From contig NC_052150.1 in assembly GCF_902713615.1 (NCBI RefSeq), positions 35,618,297-35,682,296 on the forward strand: 64,000 nt of DNA, read 5' to 3'. The notes under the pieces are model-generated. The model was not told the DNA's origin. It searched no databases and saw only the letters and a list, made by a program, of their open reading frames with translations. The stretch is from Scyliorhinus canicula (lineage: Eukaryota). A program made the position numbers and the translations under genes. Within the stretch, counting starts at the first letter, position 1; each line of letters opens with the position of its first letter. Below, piece by piece: positions 57,601-64,000 of the stretch.

Positions 57601-58934
57601 AAACCCCCCCCAAAGAGCACTAACAAATCTCCCCCCCAGGATATTGGTGCCCCTCAGGTTCAGATGTAGACCATCCTGTCTATAGAGGTCCCACCTTCCC
57701 CAGAAAGAGCCCCAGTTATCCAGAAATCTGAATCCCTCCCGCCTGCACCATCCCTGTAGCCACGTGTTTAATTGCTCTCTCTCCCTATTCCTCATCTCAC
57801 TATCACGTGGCACGGGCAACAACCCAGAGATAACAACTCTGTTTGTTCTCGCTCTGAGCTTCCATCCTAGCTCCCTAAAGGCCTGCCTGACATCCTTGTC
57901 CCCTTTCCTACCTATGTCGTTAGTGCCAATGTGGACTACGACTTGGGGCTGCTCCCCCTCCCCCTTAAGGACCCGGAAAACACGATCCGAGACATCACTT
58001 ACCCTTGCACCTGGGAGGCAACATACCAAACGTGAGTCTCTCTCGCTCCCACAAAATCTCCTATCTGTGCCCCTGACTATTGAGTCCCCAATTACTAATG
58101 TTCTACTCCTTTCCCCCCTTCCCTTCTGAGCAACAGGGACAGACTCCGTGCCAGAGGCCCGTACCCCATGGCTTACCCCTGGTAAGTCGTCCCCCCCACA
58201 AGTATCCAAAACGGTATACTTGTTACTCAGGGGAACGACCGCAGGGGGTCCCTGCACTGACTGCTTCTTCCCAGTCCCTCTTACAGTTACCCATCTATCT
58301 CCAGTCTTTGGTGTAACTACTTCCCTGAAGCTCCTATCTATGACCCCCTCTGCCTCCCGAATGATCCGAAGTTCATCCAGCTCAAGCTCCAGGTCCCTAA
58401 CACAGTTTTTGAGGAGCTGGAGTTGGGTGCACTTCCCACAGATGAAATCAGCAGGGACACTGACGGCGTCCCTCACCTCAAACATTCTGCAGGAGGAGCA
58501 TTGTACTGCCTTCCCTGACATCACCTCTAGATTAAAAAAAACAAGAAAAAGAAAGGAAGAGCTTACCTGATATTACCTCAAACCCTGCTCCCGCTGAAAG
58601 TTAAGCAAATTTAAAGGCACTCACTCACCTTCACGACAGGCCCCTGCTCCCGCTTCCCAACCACCGTGGGGTTTCGGGTTTAACTGTCACTTGCCAACAG
58701 CCCCTCCACAAACCACCTTCAACTTAGGCTGACCGCACTGCACGTATGCAAATTCCCCCAGAACAGCTGATCAGTAGCTCTGCTCTGCTGCCCTCTGCTG
58801 GATGCTTGTCTTCACTCAAACTCCTTGGGTCTCCTTCGCCGGTTCCCCTTCAACTTAGGCTGACCGCACTGCACGTATGCAAATTCCCCCAGAACAGCTG
58901 ATCAGTAGCTCTGCTCTGCTGCCCTCTGCTGGAT
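54625..58934 (-). mobile_element. Near full-length young CR1 LINE (HER1-like): 5' UTR repeats, ORF1 (Zn finger/coiled coil + GDSL esterase), ORF2 (APE + RT) with about 3 frameshifts, TTCTATG-type tail
   Basis: CSSC..CGKC, LVIGDSIV, HIGTND, DGLHLN; YFNARSI, GDFN, SDHN, SPGPDGI, YMDFSKAFDKVPH, KFADDTK, LVRPHLEYC. Confidence 0.97.
57013..58524 (-). CDS. CR1 ORF1 (esterase-type) read in frame into the ORF2 endonuclease in this copy
   Basis: 503-aa ORF: SGNH/GDSL esterase motifs followed by APE motifs. Confidence 0.8.
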   Translation of the reverse strand: MMSGKAVQCSSCRMFEVRDAVSVPADFICGKCTQLQLLKNCVRDLELELDELRIIREAEGVIDRSFREVVTPKTGDRWVTVRGTGKKQSVQGPPAVVPLSNKYTVLDTCGGDDLPGVSHGVRASGTESVPVAQKGRGERSRTLVIGDSIVRGTDRRFCGSERDSRLVCCLPGARVSDVSDRVFRVLKGEGEQPQVVVHIGTNDIGRKGDKDVRQAFRELGWKLRARTNRVVISGLLPVPRDSEMRNREREQLNTWLQGWCRREGFRFLDNWGSFWGRWDLYRQDGLHLNLRGTNILGGRFVSALWGGFKLIQQGHGNLDCSFGVREIESIEVRSTDLTSQEGASVQVGGLKCVYFNARSIRNKVGELAAWVGTWDFDVVAISETWIEQGQEWLLQVLGFRCFSKLREGGKRGGGVALLVKDSITVAERMLDRDSSSEVVWAEVRNRKGEVTLLGVFYRPPNSSSDVEERMAKMILEKSESNRVVVMGDFNFQILTGKDIVRVH

Positions 58935-59115
58935 GATAATAATTATCTTTATTGTCACAAGTAGGCTCACTGCAATTAAATTACTGTGAAGCGCCCCTAG
59001 ATGCCACATTCTGGCTAACCACTGTGCTACCATGCTTCCAATTATGGAACTCAGACAGATTTTTTGCAGTTCATAAAAATAAGTAATTAGAAATCAATAT
59101 CTATTTGGATTAAGT

Positions 59116-59184
59116 ACAGTAAGGAGTCTTACAACACCAGATTAAAGTCCAACAGGTTTGTTTCAAACACAAGCTTTCGGAGCG
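59116..59184 (-). mobile_element. Penelope-like terminal fragment
   Basis: CGCTCCGAAAGCT..AAACCTGTTGGACTTTAATCTGGTGTTGTAAGACTCCTTAC. Confidence 0.6.
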
Positions 59185-59334
59185 CATATTTGTCACTCCA
59201 TGAATGCATAAAATTTATAGCTTAACTAGTTAATGCACTTGATATAACTATAGATTACCATTGAGTGATATTTTTAAACTTAATTTGTTGAATAAAGTAC
59301 AGTAATGATGCCAAGGAAAGTGATGTATGTCCTT

Positions 59335-62060
59335 TATATCATATGTGTGCTGGTGGACACCTCTGTGATCCACAGCAACAGCAGCTTGAGAAACTTTGGC
59401 TCAGAGTTGATGAACTAAAGTCCGAGCTTTGGATGCTGTGATGCATCAGAGAGAGGGAAAGTTGCTTGTGCGCTTTGTTCCGACTTGGAGTAACACCCCT
59501 TATGCTACGTATTTTTAATTTGATCACTGGTGTTGGATAGGAGGGTGTGACTGTGAGTGAGGAAGGTATGGGGATCCAGAGGTAGCACTGGAGAGCATCG
59601 GGCCTTTCAGTTTTCTGACTAATTTGATGCTCTTGTAGCTTGTGTGAATGAGAGCAGGGATTGCAGAAAGAATGAGCATGGATGGTTTGATTTATTGTCA
59701 CGTGTACTGAGGTACCGTGAAAAGTATTGTTCTGCATACAGTCCAAACAGATCATTCCATATGTGAAACATATGGCATACATAAATACACAGACACTGAC
59801 ATTGGGTGAAGCTTAAGGAGTGTGGGGCTACTCTGTATAGGAGATGTGTGGAGCGCTCAGTTTAGACCATAAGAGGATCATTCAGGAATCTGGTAATGGC
59901 AGGGAACAAGCTGTTTTTTAACCTGTTGGTGCATGTTCTGAGACTTTTGTATTTCCTGACCGATGGAAGAGGTTGGAAGATGACCACGGCACTGTGGTGA
60001 AGGGGTGGAGTTAAATGCAATGTAAGTGTAGTTGGAAATAGTATAGTCAGGAGGTTGGATGCAGTTCTCTACATCAGCTATCTGCCCAATGTCAGAGTTG
60101 AGGAGATCTCCTTGGAACTGGAGAGGAGTGGGAGGGGAAGGATTCAGTGGCGTGGTCCATGTGGGTACCAATTACATCGGTCGGGCTGAGAAAGAGGTTC
60201 TAGTCAGGGAGTATGAACAGCTGGAACTTTATTAAAAGGCACAAAAAAGTAATATCTGGATTTCTACCTGAGCCATGAGTAAATTGGTATAGGGTAAATA
60301 AGATTCGAGAGCTGAACGCATGGCTCAAGATAAATGTGGGAGAAATGGGTTTCAATTCATGGGGCACTGGCACCAGTACTGGTGCTGTAAGGCTTCTTAC
60401 CAGTACTGGGGAAAGAGGTAGTTGTGACAATCTTCACCTGAATAATTCTGGAACAATGGTCTGGGGAATCAAATAACTAGAGCTGGAGAGTGGACTTTAA
60501 AATAAATAGCCAGGGAAAAGATTTGAGAGGGGAGATGTGGAAAGTGAAACAGGACAAGGCAATAGCATAATAACTGAGTCTAACTGGAACAGAATATATA
60601 AACATCAGTATAGGCAAAAATGGTAAAAAGACAGAATTAAAAGCTCCTTATCCAAACAAGATGGATGAATTGATAGCACAAATAAATATAAATGAGTATG
60701 ATATGTTGGCCATTATGGGAGGAGGGGTGGTTGCAAGGTGACTAAGAGTGGAGACTGAATATTATAATAATCGCTTATTGTCACAAGTAGGCTTCAATGA
60801 AGTTACTGTGAAAAGCCACTAGTCACCACATTCTGGCATCTGTTTGGGGAGGCTGGTACGGAAATTGAACCTGCGCTGCTTGGTCTTGTTCTGCACTACA
60901 AGCCAGCTGTTTAGCCCACTGCTGTATTCAAAATTTCAGAAAGACTGGAGGAAAGAAAAAGGAGGTAGAATACATCTGTTTGAAATGATGCAACCAGTGT
61001 AATAATGAGAAATGGTCATGCTTCAGAAAGTTTTTAAGATGTAGAATCAGTTTGGGTGGGGATAAATAGCAAAGGAAAGAAATCACTGGTCGGCATACTT
61101 TATAGGCCATCTAAAAGCAGCTCACGATAGGACGGAGTACACATCAAGAAATAATAGAGGGCTTGCAAGAAAGGTACTGCAATAATCGTGTGACTTTAAT
61201 CTTCATGTTCATTGGACAGATCAAATTTGCAAAGGTAGCCTGGAGGTTAAGCTCGTAGGGTATATTCAGGACAGTTTCTTAGAATAAAACATTCTGCAAC
61301 ATACCAGGCTGCTTTGGACCTGGTAATGTGTCATGAGGCAAGATTAATTAAAGACTTCATAGTAAAAGATCCACCGTGCACGATTGATCATAATGTGATA
61401 AAATTTCGCAGTTTGAAAGTGAGGATTGTGGGTCCATAATTAGAGTTTTAAATTAAAACAAATACGAGGGTGTGAAGGCAGATTAACTAGTGTGGACTGG
61501 GTGAAGAGGTTAAAATTTAAGGCTGGAGAAGCCTTGGTAGGGAAAACAAGTTGTGAAGATGCAGAGATATAGTAGGTGAAGTGAGAGGAAAACAGTTGGC
61601 AGATGGAGCATTCTATGTAAAAACGTGAACTTGCATGCACTCGGGAGTAATAGAAAAGCAGAATATTATCTAAATGGAGAGAGATTGCAGAATGTTGCAG
61701 TACAGGGGATCTGGGGATCCTGTACAATACATGAATCACAAAGTCAGCGTGCAGGTTCAGCAAGTAACTAGGGAGGCAAATACAATGTTGGACCTTATTG
61801 CAAGGGGGTTATAAAAGTAGAGAGGTCTTGCTACATTAGATATTGGTGAGACCAGGCCGAGAGCACTATGCACATTTTTGGTCATGTTGCTGCAGGAGGG
61901 ATACACTTCCATTGGGAGCAGTTCAGAGAATGTGTCCTGAGACTAGGATTTAATAAAAGATTGAGTAGGTTGGGCCTTTACTCACATCGGATTTAGAAGA
62001 ATGAGAGGTGATTTTATTGAAATGTACACGATTGAGGGGATTTGACAGGTAGATGCTGAA
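59335..62060 (+). mobile_element. Old decayed CR1 (ORF1 esterase, EN, RT 3' part), interrupted by a Rex1 fragment (59683-59990, minus) and a SINE
   Basis: LWLRVDEL, VVHVGTN, VISGFLPEP, LYRPS, DHNVI remnants. Confidence 0.8.
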
Positions 62061-62067
62061 ACTCTGC

Positions 62068-62415
62068 CTTAGTAATCCAGAGGCCCCGTCTAATGTTGTG
62101 ACGTTAAGGGTTCAACGCTCACCACGGCAGCTGGTGAAATTTGAATTCCGTTAATAAATCTGGTATAATAAAGCTAGTCACAGTAATGATGATCGTGACA
62201 ACTATCATCGATTGTTGTAAAAACCAATCTGGCTCACTGATGTCCTTTTAGGGAAGGAAATCTGCTGTCCTGACCCAATCTGGCTTATGATGCCAGACCC
62301 ACAGAAAAATGATTGACTTAACTGCCACTGAAATGGCCTTGCGAGCCACTTGGTTCAAGGCAATTCAGGATGCACAAAAATACTGGCTTTACCAGTGGTG
62401 CCCATGTTCATGAAT
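62068..62415 (+). mobile_element. Short element made of the 5' head/body and 3' tail of the tRNA-headed LINE
   Basis: Body matches 9760-9980; last ~60 nt match the LINE tail at 15580-15625 and 38010-38075. Confidence 0.8.
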
Positions 62416-63689
62416 TGTACTTATCGCTCTGCCACTGAGAGTGACTGCCCTGTAACTATTCAGGAAAGGTGAGCAGGAAACCAGGGGATTATAAACAGGT
62501 TACCTTAATATCTCTTACTAATAAATTACCTCGGTGTGTAATCGAAGATGAACACCTTTCAGATTGTCAAGTGATCAGAGAGCCAACAGCAAAGGGTAGG
62601 TCACGTTTGATGAATCTGTTTGACGTTTTTGAAAATGGGACTGAAGTAGTGGACAATTGTATGTCTCTGGCTGTTATTCATATAAGTTTTGGAACACATT
62701 TGATGAAGGCTAAAACTCATGCATTGAGAACAGGTTATTGATCAGGTGAGGAAATTAGCTGAGAAACAGGAGATAGAGAGGACAATGGACAGATACTATA
62801 ATTGTAGGTTGTGACTAGTGGTGACCATCGGAATTTCTGATGGGGCTCCAGTTACTTAGCCTATTAATGCTCTGAGAAGGTGGTGGTGAGCCATCTTCTT
62901 GAACTGCCGCAGTCCCTGTGGTATAGGTAGACCTATAGTGCTGTTAGGAAGAGTGCTCCAGGCCTTTAACCCAATGACAGTGAGGGAATTGCAGCTATAT
63001 TTGGTTTGTGACTTGGAGGGGAGTTTCGAGTTAGGGTGGTCACCATATATCCGTTACCCTTGCCCTTCAAGGTGGAAGAGGTCACTGGTTTAGAAGAAGC
63101 TGTCCAAGGACCTGGGCAAGTTGCTGCATTGCATCTTGCAAATAGTACACACTGATGCAACCGTGCATCAGTGATCGTAGGAGTCAATGTTTAGGGTGGT
63201 GGGTGAGGTGCCAAATAAGTAGCCACTTTCATCTGGATATTATCGACCTTCTCAAGTGTTGTTGGAGGTACATTTATTTAGGTAAGTGGAGAATGTTCCA
63301 TCACACTTCTGGTGACTTGTTGATGGCAGATAGGCTTTGGAGAAGCAGGAGATGAGTTATTTATGGCAGAATTGTGTGGCACAGTTGTTACTTCCACTTA
63401 CCCGCCCAAGCCTGTATATTGTCCAGGCCTTGGAGATGTGGGCAGGGAACTCCTCATTATCTCAAGTATTGCAAATGGAACTGAATGCTGTACCGTCACC
63501 ATCAATCATCTCCACTCCTGGGAAGGCTATTGATGTAGCAGCTGATGATGGTTAGGTCGAGGACACTGCTCTGAAGAACCCCTGCAATGATACCCAGTGG
63601 GGCTGAGCTGATTGGCCTCCATCTGTAAGCATCTTCCTTTTGTGCTCGGTATGACTCCAGCCAAAAAAAAGAGTTCCCCCTGGTACTAG

Positions 63690-64000
63690 AGCACGTTTCC
63701 TTGGGGGGCAAACGCTTTGCTGTGTACTATGTGCCGTTCCTGATGCCACAGGATTGAATCAAATTGTCTTGAGAACTCGCCCAACCTTTCCACATTCTTC
63801 TCACAGCTTACTTTCCTGCCTAATTTGCCATTAGCAAGTTTGGATGTGTTACATTTAGTTACCTCATCTAAGTCATCAATACAGATTGTAAATAGCACAG
63901 GTTTTAAATAGCTGAAGCCCAAGGATTGATTCTTTTGGTACCCCGCTAGTTACAGCCTGCCATACAAAATCACCTGTTTGTTCCTACTCTGTCCATTAAC
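63690..64000 (-). mobile_element. CR1 RT fragment
   Basis: LFTICIDDLDE..SKLA..KLG. Confidence 0.7.

Noticed and set aside
55192-58570. Plus-strand ORFs antisense to the CR1
   Set aside because: Shadow ORFs of the minus-strand LINE coding sequence.

Overview
Eukaryotic, repeat-rich vertebrate DNA. The repeat content (HE1-like V-SINEs, CR1, fish-type L1, Rex1, RTE, Harbinger) points to a cartilaginous fish, probably a catshark; the species is an inference. Host genes: (1) a complete 8-exon PSMA2 (proteasome alpha-2) on the minus strand, CDS 53500->32784, 705 nt, all introns GT-AG; (2) a probable first coding exon of MRPL32, head-to-head 323 bp away across a CpG-rich promoter with ZNF143-type motifs; (3) three phase-compatible candidate exons of an unidentified minus-strand gene (19204->4242), one abutting a 41-bp satellite whose unit contains a splice donor. 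Most of the rest is nested transposon debris. The most interesting signals are mechanistic ones in the mobile elements: an in-phase U-UUA-AAC-stop heptamer at the CR1 ORF1/ORF2 junction (candidate -1 frameshift); an ORF1-less CR1-group LINE with a tRNA-like head, together with its short 5'+3' derivative; a mini Gypsy element whose primer-binding position is complementary to its own LTR; and one SINE head found with three different tails. No prokaryotic-type system (CRISPR etc.) is present. Repeat family names come from recognition, not database searches, and boundaries without TSDs are approximate.
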